This document shows, in pieces, positions 1 through 13,854 of a stretch of 64,000 bases of DNA; position 1 is the stretch's first letter, and each line of letters opens with the position of its first letter. The stretch comes from Eledone cirrhosa (lineage: Eukaryota). The stretch lies in contig OZ024741.1 of assembly GCA_964016885.1 (NCBI GenBank), positions 137,702,001 to 137,766,000 on the forward strand, given 5' to 3'. A program made the position numbers and the translations under genes. Below the pieces are notes generated by a model. That model made no database searches, had not been told where the DNA came from, and saw nothing but the letters and a program-made list of their open reading frames with translations.

Positions 1-202
1 ACATTAGGGGTCAACCTGTCAAATATTACAACCTCTTCCTCCTTCTATAAATCATTCTATGGCGTACATATATATCTATACACTTATCTTTGTGCGTAGA
101 TGTGTGTGTGTATATGTCTCTCTCTCTCTCTATATATATATATACAATGTATGTCTACATATATATATATATATATATATATACTATATCATATAAGCCT
201 GA

Positions 203-337
<135 letters not shown>

Positions 338-824
338 ATGTGTATATATACATGTAAAGAGAGAGAGAGATCTCATATTGATTAATACCGGAAAGATGAT
401 TTAAATGCTATCCTCCAAAAATATAGGAGACCTGATTCCAATGCTTACAAAATAGTTTACATAGAATTTACCCACGGGTTTGATGGTGCTATTAAACCAG
501 ATGGCGGATATAGTATGATATTTCAATAAAACACTTTATCTCAACTAAGTGTTGCTTTCCAATTCGTATCTACTATTCCATATTCTGATTAGTCGATCCG
601 TGTTCCTTTTCTTTAGTGCGCAAGACATTGTATTTTCACAGTTGTATTTGTGTTTTCTATTTGTATTTGGTAAAGTGCTGCCCTATGTACAACCATGGCT
701 ACGGAAATCAAAACATCAGTTCCCTCGATACCCGATACTGTATATTAGATTACCGCCTGGCAACGTTGTCTTCTACTATAGCCTCGGGCTGAATAATTAC
801 CGTACACATGCAGCCACACACACA

Positions 825-895
<71 letters not shown>

Positions 896-907
896 GCACG
901 GTCGCAA

Positions 908-973
<66 letters not shown>

Positions 974-1072
974 GCACGGTCGCAAATACACTCGCATATA
1001 TATATATATATATATATATGTAAGTATGTATGTATACGTACATACATATATGTATACAGACGTACAGTAGCA

Positions 1073-1150
<78 letters not shown>

Positions 1151-1297
1151 CAGGTAGACATTTTCATTCTATTACAACTTATCGTTTTCGGTGCACCTGG
1201 CCGAACTCACTCGATATGCAAATTAGGCTGCTCAGCCGTTAATTTTCATAAGGAAAGTATATACTTTCGAACGTTCAACCATCTGGCAGAAGGGTAT

Positions 1298-1340
1298 ACG
1301 GTGCTGATGATAGCTAACAAGCTTGAAACTAGTACATCGT
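1298..1340 (+). ncRNA. Minimal type I hammerhead ribozyme (family A)
   Basis: acggtg-CTGATGA-t-agc-taacaa-gct-t-GAAA-ctag-TA-catcgt. Stem I 6 bp, palindromic stem III ACTAGT, GUA triplet, predicted cleavage after 1334. Confidence 0.85.
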
Positions 1341-1490
1341 TCCTGTGTCAGTGTTGAACAAAAAGGTGACGTGGTTGCCTTAATACCGTACGGCATAAAT
1401 TCAGGCTGTCCGCTTGTTTACAAACGGACAAAGCGGGTGTTATAATAAACGTCCGCTAAACTGATACGTACATATATGTATGTGTACCTG

Positions 1491-1532
<42 letters not shown>

Positions 1533-1768
1533 TGCTACTGTACGTCTGTATACATATATGTATGTACGTATACATACATACTTACATTTAAGTAAGTGCC
1601 GTACTAAGAGTGATAAATGAAATTTCGTTTTCATTCTATTACAACTTATCGTTTTCGGTGCACCTGGCCGACTGAACTCACTCGATATGCAAATTAGGCT
1701 GCTCAGCCGTTAATTTTCATAAGGAAAATATATACTTTCGAACGTTCAACCATCTGGCAGAAGGGTAT

Positions 1769-1811
1769 ACGGTGCTGATGATAGCTAAGAAACTTGAAAC
1801 TAGTACATCGT
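1769..1811 (+). ncRNA. Minimal type I hammerhead ribozyme (family A), stem II mutated
   Basis: Same as 1298-1340 but stem II reads agc-taagaa-act. Confidence 0.75.
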
Positions 1812-1961
1812 TCCTGTGTCAGTGTTGAACAAAAAGGTGACGTGGTTGCCTTAATACCGTACGGCATAAATTCAGGCTGTCCGCTTGTTTACAAACGGAC
1901 AAAGCGGGTGTTATAATAAACGTCCGCTAAACTGATACGTACATATATGTATGTGTACCTG

Positions 1962-2064
<103 letters not shown>

Positions 2065-2872
2065 GCATGCTACTGTACGTCTGTATACATATATGTATGT
2101 ACGTATACATACATACTTACATTTAAGTAAGTGCCGTACTAAGAGTGAGAAATGAAATTTCGTTTTCATTCTATTACAACTATATATATATATATATATA
2201 TATGGGGTAATGTTATTTTCAAATATTTGCTCACTAGATACAGTAGTGAACGGAGTGGCTAAAATCTGTAATATTCATGTATATTTACATGTGTTGTAGT
2301 TCCTTTAGGTGTGTCTATGTAGGCTTTCTGTATCTACGTACATTTGTGTGTAACTGTTTTAGTGTTTGTCTCAAGCAACTCATAGACACTCGACAAAAAA
2401 TGTAATGTTCTTCCCGTAAAATAAAACATTACGTAAAATATATTAAACTTAACAACAAAAAAGAAAAAAAACGCAACATTACAGGCAACCAAATATATTT
2501 ATAGCATATTTATATATTTTCGTATGTTGTATTATAATATATCATGGTATGTTTTATATAATTTAACTACTGAACAATGACTTATGGTCCTGCTATTTAA
2601 AAGGGTAATACATTTTTTGACAGAGGTCATGTAATTAGGTTTTTATTTCTTCCTTCCACCTTTCCTTCTTTCTTATATCCATTTGTTCTTTCTTTCCTTC
2701 TCTCTATGTGTCACACACTCAACTTCTCTCATTTGTTTACGTTCTGATATATCTCAGTATATTAATCACACATTACTATTTCGGATCATTTATTTTATGT
2801 TATCCATTTATCTCATTTGTAACACCACTCATTTATCTCCTATGTGACTCTCTATCAATCTATACACTGACA

Positions 2873-3130
2873 GTGAAGGCGCATGAATTTGTGGTTACGC
2901 TGTTCGACCCACGAACTTTTGTGAGTTCTATTTCTATGGCGCATTGTATCCTTGAGCAAAACACATTATTTCACGCTGCTCCAGTCCACATATCTTGAAA
3001 AATATGAATTTTCCTGTAATTCAAAATGCGACGATGGCATGCTTAATCTCTATCACGAATAAGTTATGTTTGCACGATTCCGGGAAATACTCAGCCACCT
3101 TAACATTCATTTCATAAGCACTCTTTTTCT
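2873..3130 (+). mobile_element. tRNA-derived SINE, decayed
   Basis: A/B-box-like head followed by tgtatccttgagcaaaacacattatttcacgctgctccagtccac, similar to 33021-33300 and 35219-35331. Confidence 0.6.
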
Positions 3131-3546
3131 TGATAAAACAACCGGAACACTCATCTTTGGAAGCGATGTGTACCAGTAATGACAATAGATACTATAATCT
3201 AAGGCTAGTGTGTGAATAAAATGCATTTACATGTCTGTAAAAATAAAATAAAAACTCTAAATCCATACAGTTTCTTTCTGCCCAACTCTACTCACAAGAT
3301 TGGATCAACACCAGAATATTTTAGATAAAACCAGTGCAGAGGATCGAACCTGGGGTCAAATGATTGCGAAGTGAACTTAATCATCCAGCTATACGGCTTC
3401 CACAATTTCTGATATAGAAACATGTTACACATGAATACCTATGTATATTATGGTGACTAATGTAATATTTTGTTACCTTACAACTTAAATATAATGTAAC
3501 TAGACCGAAAGAAGGATAAAATATATTCAGAATTGTAGGTGATTGG

Positions 3547-3604
<58 letters not shown>

Positions 3605-3794
3605 CGGGTTTTCATGTATCCATACTTAACTCCTACACTTCACTTGTGACTATATCGAGCTGCCAAATTAAAATTTTATTTATGATTGATTCTTTTTAAA
3701 GCATTGGAGAAATTTTAGAAAGTAAATGTTTTAACTTAAGTATAGTACACACACATATGCACACGCACACACATACAGATGCATACGCGCACAT

Positions 3795-3825
<31 letters not shown>

Positions 3826-4166
3826 CATATATATATAAATGTGGAGAGAGTGAGAGAGGCACTAAAAATGGATGTGATAAATCGAAACAGTTTTTATTTC
3901 TAAAAAAATGATACCTTTCAGATAATAATATATTTGTAACCAAGGAATACAGAATTGATTTTTGGAAACCAAAAGAAAAAAAAGTAGAATAAATAAACTG
4001 AGGGAAATTAAAAACAAAAAAGTACATCATTGTGCACATTTTTTCAAGTTTGTCTTTTGAAAACTCGTGAAGAGATAAGGAATAATGTGTATGTATAGAT
4101 ATGTTTATACATGTATATATGGGTATATAAAGAAATATGTGTATAGACATATATGCATACATATAG

Positions 4167-4205
<39 letters not shown>

Positions 4206-4322
4206 TATTTATGTACACCTGTATATACACGTGTATATATGTATTTATTCATGTAGGTATGTGAGAATATGTAATATATATATATATGTGTGTGTGCCCC
4301 TGTGTATATGTGTGCCCGTGTC

Positions 4323-4407
<85 letters not shown>

Positions 4408-5301
4408 TTAAGTGCGCGTATATAGGTGAAAGCAAGTTATCGGTTTGATGTTGAATTGCAAATACATAGATATGTTCATTCGCGTTTACTTTTTTTATAC
4501 TAATGCTCACATAATCACCGACAATCAAAAGCAAATGATTTCACATTTGTGAATTCCCTTAATTGACACGTACCCACCTATATTTACTGCTGACCAATAA
4601 TGAAGTGAAATTGTAACAGTTCAAAAGAAGGACCACAGCAAAATAAACCTTGCCATGAAAAACGAACTTAACTAATAATATTAATAATTATTATTATCAC
4701 TCATGCACAATCTTTCTTTTAATGTGTGCTAAACCACCCATGGCATATTTTATACGAATGATACATTTAATTCTATATCGACATTAATAGTAATGGCATT
4801 ATAAACCGATGATTATTTTGAGATGTCGGGCACACATTCCTCTGTATTACTGATACAATCCAGATTACTTTAAATAATCTGTGATATCAGAAACACATTC
4901 GGAAAATGTATTGGATCATTTGAGACTAAAATATTTTATATACTAACATATATGTCTCACTCATAATCAAGTTAACATGTTAGAATGTACTATGCTTTCG
5001 CCTATAGTGTCTGCACATAATGTGCTCTATACAAGCAATGTTTAAATCTCTTGCTCCCTAACCAGAAATAGTGCAAAAGAATCTCTAGCAGCTTATTGGG
5101 TTTTCCTGAAACATTTAGTAAGAGACTGGAACCTATTATTAACCTGAATTCCCGTTTTCGTAATTGGATACTTCATATTTAATTAATGCATTTTTGTTTT
5201 GTCTCATTTTACAATATTTTTCTATTTGACTACTGATAATATGATTTATGTTTTTTTGTACATTATATTTACATTTGTACCCTCAACCACACACACACAC
5301 A

Positions 5302-5352
<51 letters not shown>

Positions 5353-5393
5353 CTAAGGAGAGACATACACATATAAAAATATATGTTCGATTA

Positions 5394-7387
5394 CACTGGT
5401 CTACAAGGTTTTTGGTGTTTCGAAAATAGACATCAAACCTATATAAAATCGGTTATAAAATATAACCTTCCTTTTGACCTATCAGATCTAGTTTTTAAGT
5501 TATTTAACATCCCTATAGTCACTGTATGTTTGTACTCCAGTACGTAGTGTTCGTTACATTATTCTAATTCTAAGTTTTCTTTTCTTTTACCATACTTTTT
5601 AGATGTTGTGATGAACTAAGCAATATAAAATGAGCAAGATGTCCTCTTCAAGAAACGGTTGCGTTAATTCTCCAAATGTGTTTTGTTATGTTTGTGCAGA
5701 ATACACATTACCTGAAAATCGAAAAAACATCACTGATTTTGTTGAAAGAGCGTATATGGCATATTTTGGGGTCAAGCCGGGAGACCAAGATAAATATTGG
5801 GCACCGCATAGTGTCTACAAACAATGTACAGAACATTTGCAACAATGGACTAAAGGGACATGGAAAAGTATGAGGTTTGCTATACTAAAGGTATGGCGGG
5901 AGCCCTATAATCATGTGGACGACTGCTATTTTTGTAACCTAATTTTGAAGGGTATTATCCAGAAAAATCACCAAACGCTTGTTTGTCCTAATCTTGCTTC
6001 TGCTATTAGACCGGTTCCACACAGTGAAGAGCTTCCTGTTCCTGTCTTCAATGTCTTGCCTCAGATAACTTTACCATCAACCAAAGAAGATTCATCACCT
6101 GAAGACGACACTTGAAATCAAGACTTTTCAGTTGAGACTTTACCTCAGCTATTCTCTTAGGTAGAGCTGAATGATCTAGTTCGTGACTTGAACCTCCCCA
6201 AAAATTCTGCTGAACTGTTGGCTTCCCGGCTGAAAGAGAAGAATCTTCTAGAGAATGGTGTCCGTATAACCTTTTATCGTAGTCGGCATAAAGAGTTCCT
6301 TTCTTTCTTCACAAAAGAGGAAGAACTGAGATGTCAGTGGGCTTCTTAATAAACTTGGCATTGAGGAATACAAACCAGAGGAATGGCGTCTTTTCAGCGT
6401 AGTTTAAAATGTGCATTGCTGCACAAGGGAAATGTGTATGGCTCTGTCCCACTCGGCCACTCAAAAACTCTGAAGGAAAAGTATGAAGAAATTAAGTTGG
6501 TTTTAGAGAAAATACTGTATCATGATCATAAATGGGTCATCTGCGTTGACTTAAAGATGGTGAATTTTCTCCTGGGACAGCAATCTGGTTATACCAAATA
6601 CTCATGTTTTCTTTGAATGTGGGACAGTAGAGACCAAGTAAACCGCTATGTTAAGAAACACTGGCCACCTCGAACAAATATGGCTCCATGTAGAGCTGCC
6701 AAAGAACCTTTAGTTGAGCGAGATAAGATCATTTTTCCCCCCTTTACACATCAAAATCGGATTGATCAAGCAATTCGTGAAAGCTCTTGACAAAAATGGG
6801 GAGTGCTTCAAGTATATCTGCAGTGTATTTCCAGAGTTGACGATTGAAAAACTTAAAGCAGGGATTTTTGATAGACCACAGATCCGTAAGCTCTTGAAGG
6901 ACACAAATTTCGTGAAAACCATGAGCGAAAATGAAGCATCAGCTTGGCTAGACTTTGCAGAAGTAGTGCAAAATTTCCTTGGAAAACAGAAAAGTGAAAA
7001 CTATAAAGACCTTGTTACCAACTTGATATCAACCTTTCGTTATATTGGCGCGAATATGAGCATCAACATGCATTATCTTTTTAGTCATCTTGATCTTTTT
7101 CCTGAAAATCTCGGAGATGTTAGCGATGAACAAGACGAACGACTCCATCAGGACATCAAGGAGATGGAAACTCGGTACCAAGGACGTTGGGACGCTGTGA
7201 TGATGGCAGACTATTGCTGGTGTTTAAAACGAGATACTCCTGTGGTACGTTTATTGATTCATATTAGACTTACATACTTACTCTCTCAGACCTGATGGAG
7301 AAAAACTGAAGTTATTTTTGAATTTAGCAGGCAAAATCACTTAAGGATTCGTTGAAACAGACAAAAAATCTTTTTTGTTGCCCAGTG
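5394..7387 (+). mobile_element. Tc1/mariner-related DNA transposon (m44/HvSm-like), full length but decayed
   Basis: Terminal inverted repeats cactggtctacaa ... ttgttgcccagtg, TA on the left flank, internal transposase remnants. Confidence 0.8.
5630..7235 (+). pseudogene. Transposase pseudogene (stops and frameshifts)
   Basis: Motifs FCYVC, GDQDKYWAPH, WREPYNHVDDCYFC, ICVDLKMV, PPLHIKIGLIKQFVKAL and SDEQDERLHQDIKEMETRYQG..ADYCW are spread over ORFs 5630-6115, 6383-6616 and 6714-7295. Confidence 0.85.
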
Positions 7388-7522
7388 TCATAGGCGACAT
7401 AAAATCACCCTATTTTTATATGTATTTCTCTCTTTACTATTTTATAAGGAGCTCGGAATTTCTTCCTTGAGTTTATTTGATTGTAGTGGCTTATTGAGGG
7501 TTATTAACTCGACATTCTAATG

Positions 7523-7564
<42 letters not shown>

Positions 7565-7568
<4 letters not shown>

Positions 7569-8121
7569 GGAAAAAATGAAACGAAATTTCATTTCCCACT
7601 CTTAGTACGGCTGTTACTTAAATATAAGTATGTATACGTACATACATATATGTATACAGACGTACAGTGGTATGTATATATATATACATACATGCACACA
7701 TATATATATGTACGTATGGATTCACTGAACATTTATTATAATGCTCGGTGTGTTTGTAAACAAACAACCCGTATTAAGCCGTAGTGTCCAGCAACCATCG
7801 TTGCTCGTTTGTTCAACACTGACAAAGGAACGCTGTACTAGTTTCAAGCTTATTAGCTATCGTCAGCAACGTATACCTTCCTGCCAGATTGTTGAACGTA
7901 TATACTTACCTTATGCATATTAACGGCTGAGTAGCCCAATTTGCATATCGAGTCGGTTAATCGGCCGGGTGCACCGAAAACGATAAACAAATACACCGAG
8001 CATTATAATAAATGTTCGGTGAATCCATACGTACATATATATATGTGTGCATGTATGTATATATATATATACATACCACTGTACGTCTGTATACATATAT
8101 GTATGTACGTGTACATACTTA
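7565..8121 (-). mobile_element. Family A HHR element: one full monomer plus an inverted segment, in (TA)n
   Basis: 7565-7988 is one monomer. ~7985-8121 is the reverse complement of ~7624-7758. Confidence 0.85.
7830..7872 (-). ncRNA. Minimal type I hammerhead ribozyme (family A)
   Basis: Minus strand: acgttg-CTGACGA-tagctaataagctt-GAAA-ctag-TA-cagcgt. Confidence 0.85.
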
Positions 8122-8231
8122 TATATATATATATATCCAAAATTAAGATAAATCAAATGAATTTAATCTAAATCAAAATTATCTCCTGTGATTATTCATG
8201 TTTTTATATATGTTAATCAATCTCTAGTTAT

Positions 8232-8354
<123 letters not shown>

Positions 8355-9750
8355 GTGAAAGTATTGAAGTTTGCGTGAAGCATTGTAGAATAATAAGTAA
8401 ATATCTTTAAGTCGTTTGGAAGCCTCGACAATGCAAATGGGTAAATCTCCGGGTAACAACATCCGGTGGTGGAGAGAGAGTTTTAAGTGGGTGTACGTTG
8501 AGATGCGTGGTGTGTATAAGACGTGTAGAAGAATGAAGGAAAGAGTATAAAGGATAAAATAAAAATAACAACACAAGAGATAGTTACCTTGGGAGACATT
8601 TAATTCTCCCTATATATTTCGGATTCACATCCATCAACCGGGGGTTTTTCCGGGGTGGGGGAAAGGTTGTCTGTCGGAAAGGTGCGAAACGCGTCCTCCG
8701 CTGTTTGTTGTTTTGAATATCTGAGGTATTCAGCAGAGCGCGCGTGCGCGTTAAATGGGGTCGGTCGGGCAGAGGTCAGCGGCCGAATGAGGGAGTGGGG
8801 TGGCGCTAGCTGTCAGTCCATTCTCTGCCTGTTTGTTAAATGTTACTGTGTGTGTGTGCGTGTGTTGTTGTCTCGCTTGAGTGTGTGTCTGTGTGTGCGT
8901 GTGTTGTTGCCTTGTTCCTCTGTCTTGGCGGTGTAGTATGTTCGTATGGTGGAATGATACTGTGTGTGTGTGCGTGTGCGTGTGTAGTTGTCTCGTTTGT
9001 GTGTGTGTGTGCGTGTGGTGCTGCATCGTTTGTTAACTTAAACCAGCCATCTCATTTCGCTTCTCTCGGATCGATTGTTTATTTGCGGTTGCAGGCGTTT
9101 GATAAAAAGCGCTTCCTTGATACGTAACGTGCCGACCTTTCTTTCAGTCGCTAGAATTGTGACAATGGGCCCTCCGTCTTTGTTTCCGCATTTGTCTATG
9201 TGTTTCCGGAAAGACGAGGCCCTGGTTTTAGTGTGTTCCTTGATCCGGATGTGCAAAGGTCGGATTGTGCTACCTATGTAGTATTGGTTGCACCTGTCAC
9301 ATTCTATCTTATACACGACGTATGTGCGTAGGCAACAGTTCGCATGGCGTATCGGGCAGTCTCTGAGGGAGCATGCGTCAGTAGATTTCCCGGGTTTCCT
9401 GGATAGGCATCTTCGCAGGGAGGGGCCCGAGTGGGCCAGGTGGATGTCGAGGCCCTCAGAATAGGAAACACCAGACACAAGAGACAGAGAGGCACCCAAG
9501 GTAAGTGCTTCCTTAAAATGCCACACCTGGGCGAGATTACCACCAACGCTATCCGCAAGGCTATACGGAGGGAGGGCCTCGACATCCACCTGGAACACTT
9601 TATACTCTTTCCTTCATTCTTCTACACGTCTTATACACACCACGCATCTCAACGTACACCCACTTACAACTCTCTCTCCACCACCGGATGTTGTTACCCG
9701 GAGACTTACCCATTTGCATTGTCAAGGCTTCCAAACGACTTAAAGATATT

Positions 9751-9753
<3 letters not shown>
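8355..9753 (-). mobile_element. 5'-truncated Penelope-like element with inverted pseudo-LTR
   Basis: A ~155 bp inverted repeat (8398-8551 / 9599-9753) surrounds a GIY-YIG ORF. Flanked by (TA)n. Confidence 0.85.
9038..9457 (-). pseudogene. PLE C-terminal GIY-YIG endonuclease fragment
   Basis: Cys-rich linker CSLRDCPI..CC, then VVYKIECDRCNQYYIGSTIRPLHIRIKEH and LRIKEALFIKRLQPQIN. Confidence 0.85.
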
Positions 9754-9792
<39 letters not shown>

Positions 9793-9797
<5 letters not shown>

Positions 9798-9999
9798 GGA
9801 AAAGAATGAAACGAAATTTCATTTCTCACTCTTACTACGGCTGGTACTTAAATGTAAGTATGTATGTATACGTACATACATATATGTATACAGACGTACA
9901 GTAGTATGTATATATATACAATACATACATGCGCACATTTATATATGTACGTATGGGTTTACCGAACATTTATTATAATGCTCGGTTTCTTTGTAAACA
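9793..9999 (-). mobile_element. Family A partial copy (3' part, no HHR)
   Basis: aatgaaacgaaatttcatttctcactctta...aatgctcggtttctttgtaaaca matches family A and lies between TA arrays. Confidence 0.8.
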
Positions 10000-10018
10000 A
10001 TATATATATATATATATA

Positions 10019-10078
<60 letters not shown>

Positions 10079-10949
10079 TGTGTGTGTATGTGTATGTATG
10101 TATATATACATATATATGTACATACATTTAAACAGAGGCATCAGCATAGGAAATTAAACTCACAGGATATTGGCCACCCCGAAGTTCTGCTAAAGCTAGA
10201 TGATAGGTTATCACGGTGGTGTGCAGTGGGATCGCAGCTAGATACACAGAATTGAAACATCCAAATTATTAAAAGCAAACCAATGTCTGCCGGCTTCTTT
10301 AATGTGAATTTAGAACAAAATTTGAGCATATTTTAATTAACTACTGTTCGTAATAGCTGCAACATTTTGGCCCCGTACTTTGTCAAAAGTCCCCACCCCA
10401 GAATCATGAGATGTGAAACTCAAATAAAAACTAATTGAATATAAGAACAATAACCGGGATGCATATTTTAGTTATTAAGGCACACTTTATGGTACTACAC
10501 TATATAACTGAAATATTTGAATATTACTAAATAAGTGTCTTGGTTTTTGCTTTAATGAGATTGTAGTCCCTCTATATGTTGTTAAATTTTATATTACATG
10601 TAGTGTCTGTAGGTGTCAGTGTCATTGCAATTATGAAGGTGTCGATTGAGTTCAACCTTCACATAATTTAATCTCACCACAGTGAAGCCTACTGAAATGA
10701 ACCATATATTTAGAACTCTCGCGAGACCGCTAAGATGAAATAATGTGTAATAGGAAATCGTGCCAATGAAATAGCAAATCCTTCCTGAACATTCAATCAA
10801 ACACAAGCCCGTTTGTCATTAGAAGTTGTCATTACCAAAGGAATAGAAAACTTGCATTAATATCAGCAGTAACAAGAGCCTCTCAACATCAAATGTATTT
10901 GGTCATATATCTATCCACGTACAGTGTTGAATATACACATTAAGCTCCC

Positions 10950-11620
10950 ATACAAGGAGAATATTAGAATATCAGTGTCGAAGGAGCGGTTTAGTATCTA
11001 CATAGGAAGTTAAAATCATTCTGTGGTCATAAGCTTGCACGTTTAGTTATTTCTCCTGGCTGACTTTCTGTAAACACAACGCCTGAAGACAAACTCTCCA
11101 GTAACGTTAAATTAGCCATTAGCTATATAGAGGATTAAAAAGAATTAGATGACTTTTACTAACGTTTTAAGAGTGAGTCCTTCTTCAGTGTTTGGATGTA
11201 TGTATCATCATTCTGGGGACGATATAATAAGTACTATTCATGTCCTGGTATCGATATCTTCATCAGTTCCTTCACCTCAATTGCGTACCCTAATTTAAAT
11301 GCTGAAAGTAAATATTTAACCGAGTGCCTGAATTAGTTGCCAGTTATATTTTATCTTAACTTATATACTTGGAATAATTGATCTGTAGACCTTAGTTGTT
11401 CGCACAATCAACTTAACAGGGTAATACGAATTGCTAAACGAAGTACTTCTTGTTACCGTTGTTCAGACCTTGGTTATACCTATTATTACAGGTTTTTCAG
11501 TTGTAGTTAATATCCTTTCTTGGTATATTGCATATTGGCATACAGTATTCACTATCGATCCCTTTGCTTTTATTAAACGGTAGACTGTACTTTAAGGTGT
11601 ACATTAGTTTGAGTAGCCAC
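10950..11620 (-). pseudogene. Highly decayed LINE reverse transcriptase remnant
   Basis: Manual translation gives ordered fragments GLQINYSK, AFKLG, DEDIDTR and LTLKTLVKV, resembling LINE RT domains 6-7 and the thumb. Confidence 0.35.
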
Positions 11621-11976
11621 AATGATTCGTAATACCAGTAATATACTGATGTTTCTTCCAACCGTGATAAATATCCTTAATATTGTTTTTACGCTAGCAA
11701 CACCTTACGAACTATCCTCACATTAACTGCAACACTGGTAGACTGAACATTTCATATAAAGACTGAAAATTGCATATAAAAATAGCACGCAAGACCAAGT
11801 CTAATTATTACATATGTCGCAATGTTTTTCTATTATTTGATATTTTCATCTGTTTATTTGCAACAACAATATCATAAAGAACACAAACTTATACGAGTCA
11901 AGAAAAAGTCTTTACAATGTCAATGAACCTAGTATAAATTGCAGCCAAATCTCTTCCAACCTTTTCCCCTTTACAA

Positions 11977-12007
<31 letters not shown>

Positions 12008-12414
12008 AAATAAAGGTGTCTGTGGAATCTCCAACTACCTCCATGTTAATTACACGATGAGGAAATTCAATTATTCAAACAACTGGATCCTTCATCACGG
12101 ACAAAGGCGACGGAGGACTAATAACAATTTCATGTTAGTTACTCAACTGAAAGTATGCATCTTAGCATAATTTTATTTCCTCAACAACAATTCAGTATAA
12201 TATTCAAAAATATCGGATCTGCTCTGCAGAATTCCTTTAAGAAATAAGCAGAGAAAAATTATTTTTATTTCAAGTTTAAAAAATATATTTCTTTTTAAGA
12301 AAAAAGTTCTGAAGATCAATGTAGTTTTTGTGAACATAGTGACGGTAACATTAATTTTCATTTATTTTTTTGCACTTTTACTGGTTTCAGTTATTGGTCA
12401 TAGAGTTGTATGTA

Positions 12415-12478
<64 letters not shown>

Positions 12479-13354
12479 GATAAATATATGCATATTGTAT
12501 GCGTCTCTGTATGAGTGTGCGTATGCATTAAACACTCATTATATGCTCCTACAAGTATGGAGAACACGCATTGTGTTTTAGGTTCCATTAGGAGCACACA
12601 TACTCTCGTACATACGCACACACATATCTATTTATACATACATATATGCATGTATGTATAAATTCATACATACATATATGCATGTGTGCGTATTTCTGTG
12701 TCTATGAAAACTAGTTGGAAATATTCCTGTATGGCAGTAATAGTTATGAATGGGACAATCAATGGAGCTTATATATTATATAACTTTCTCTATCTCTACT
12801 CCATCCTCTCTGTGCACAAGCTGTATGTATGTAGTTTGTATACATGTATATATATATGTGTGTGTGTGTGTGTGTGATACATCCACACAAATATGAATCT
12901 GCATTTATATAGGTATTCACACAATACATATGCGTACACACCGATAAATGCATACTTAAGCACACACACAAGCACATACTCCACCCTCTCTCTCTCTCTC
13001 TATATATATATATATGACTGTATCTCTATGTAAGTAGATGTGTGTATGTGTGTGTACATACTTGTATTTTCAGACACCTAGTTAAAAAAGTTAAAATGTA
13101 CATAAATAACGTAAAGTTATGAATGTGATTTTATTATAAAGAAGAAAACATGAAATTTTTGAAATATAAAAGTACTTTTTATTGGTTCTCTATTGCAAAT
13201 TATAACAATTGGAATAATAATGAAATAAAATTCTAAAATATCTTGAATAGCCGTAAACTATGGTACAAAGTTAAAGCATGAAGTTAGGAGAATTACTTTA
13301 AGATTTTGCGGCTGGCTTAAAAAATGTAGCAACATATATTTCATCACACTTTCG

Positions 13355-13535
13355 TTCTTATATTGTTTTACTGGTTTTAGCCATTACATTACAACCATGC
13401 TCCAGCGCCACCTTGAATAAGATTTATTTGATCATATCCTCTCACGTATTTATCTTTTTTCAACTCTGATACATTTAGTGATCGGCTTCTTTTTTTTTCA
13501 CCGAAGCCCTGAATTATGGAACATAACCACCGACA
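13355..13535. mobile_element. SINE body fragment (octopus OK-like), decayed
   Basis: ttttactggttttagccatt...ccatgctccagcgccacctt...ccgaagccctgaattatggaacataaccacc resembles the abundant octopus SINE body (recalled, not searched). Confidence 0.4.
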
Positions 13536-13560
13536 TAGACATACACACATATTCCATATG

Positions 13561-13645
<85 letters not shown>

Positions 13646-13780
13646 CCATAACAGTATTCTGACGTGGTTTTGAGTCAAAGGTCGGGCCCGATCGATGCAA
13701 ATCGAACCTTCAGCTGCTTAATCGCGAAGCGAACGTCAGATCTTAATACGTGTAATGAAGATTTAACATCTCATCCTTTT

Positions 13781-13848
<68 letters not shown>

Positions 13849-13854
<6 letters not shown>

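Noticed and set aside
826-995. Repeat-spacer-like pattern cgcacgcacggtcgcaaata separated by (CA)n; similar patterns at 47886-47946
   Set aside because: Only two or three units, spacers are microsatellite, eukaryotic context and no cas genes; not a CRISPR array.
7741-7923. Recurrent 60 aa [30 protein letters not shown]... (also 33963, 34282, 45948)
   Set aside because: It is the antisense strand of the family A ribozyme region, is broken in other copies, and resembles no domain.
8604-8645. HHR-like motif in the PLE 3' region (minus: ccc-cggttgat-ggat-gtga-atcc-GAAA-tata-TA-ggg)
   Set aside because: Stems fit, but the CUGANGA core is not recoverable; at best a decayed or divergent ribozyme, so not counted.
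11225-11270. CTGATGA on the minus strand
   Set aside because: No GAAA or stem I; it coincides with the DEDIDTR codons of a decayed LINE.
12039-12146. Exon-like segment on the minus strand (tactttcag ... gag|gtagtt)
   Set aside because: Stops in all three frames and no continuity with the 16065 candidate exon.
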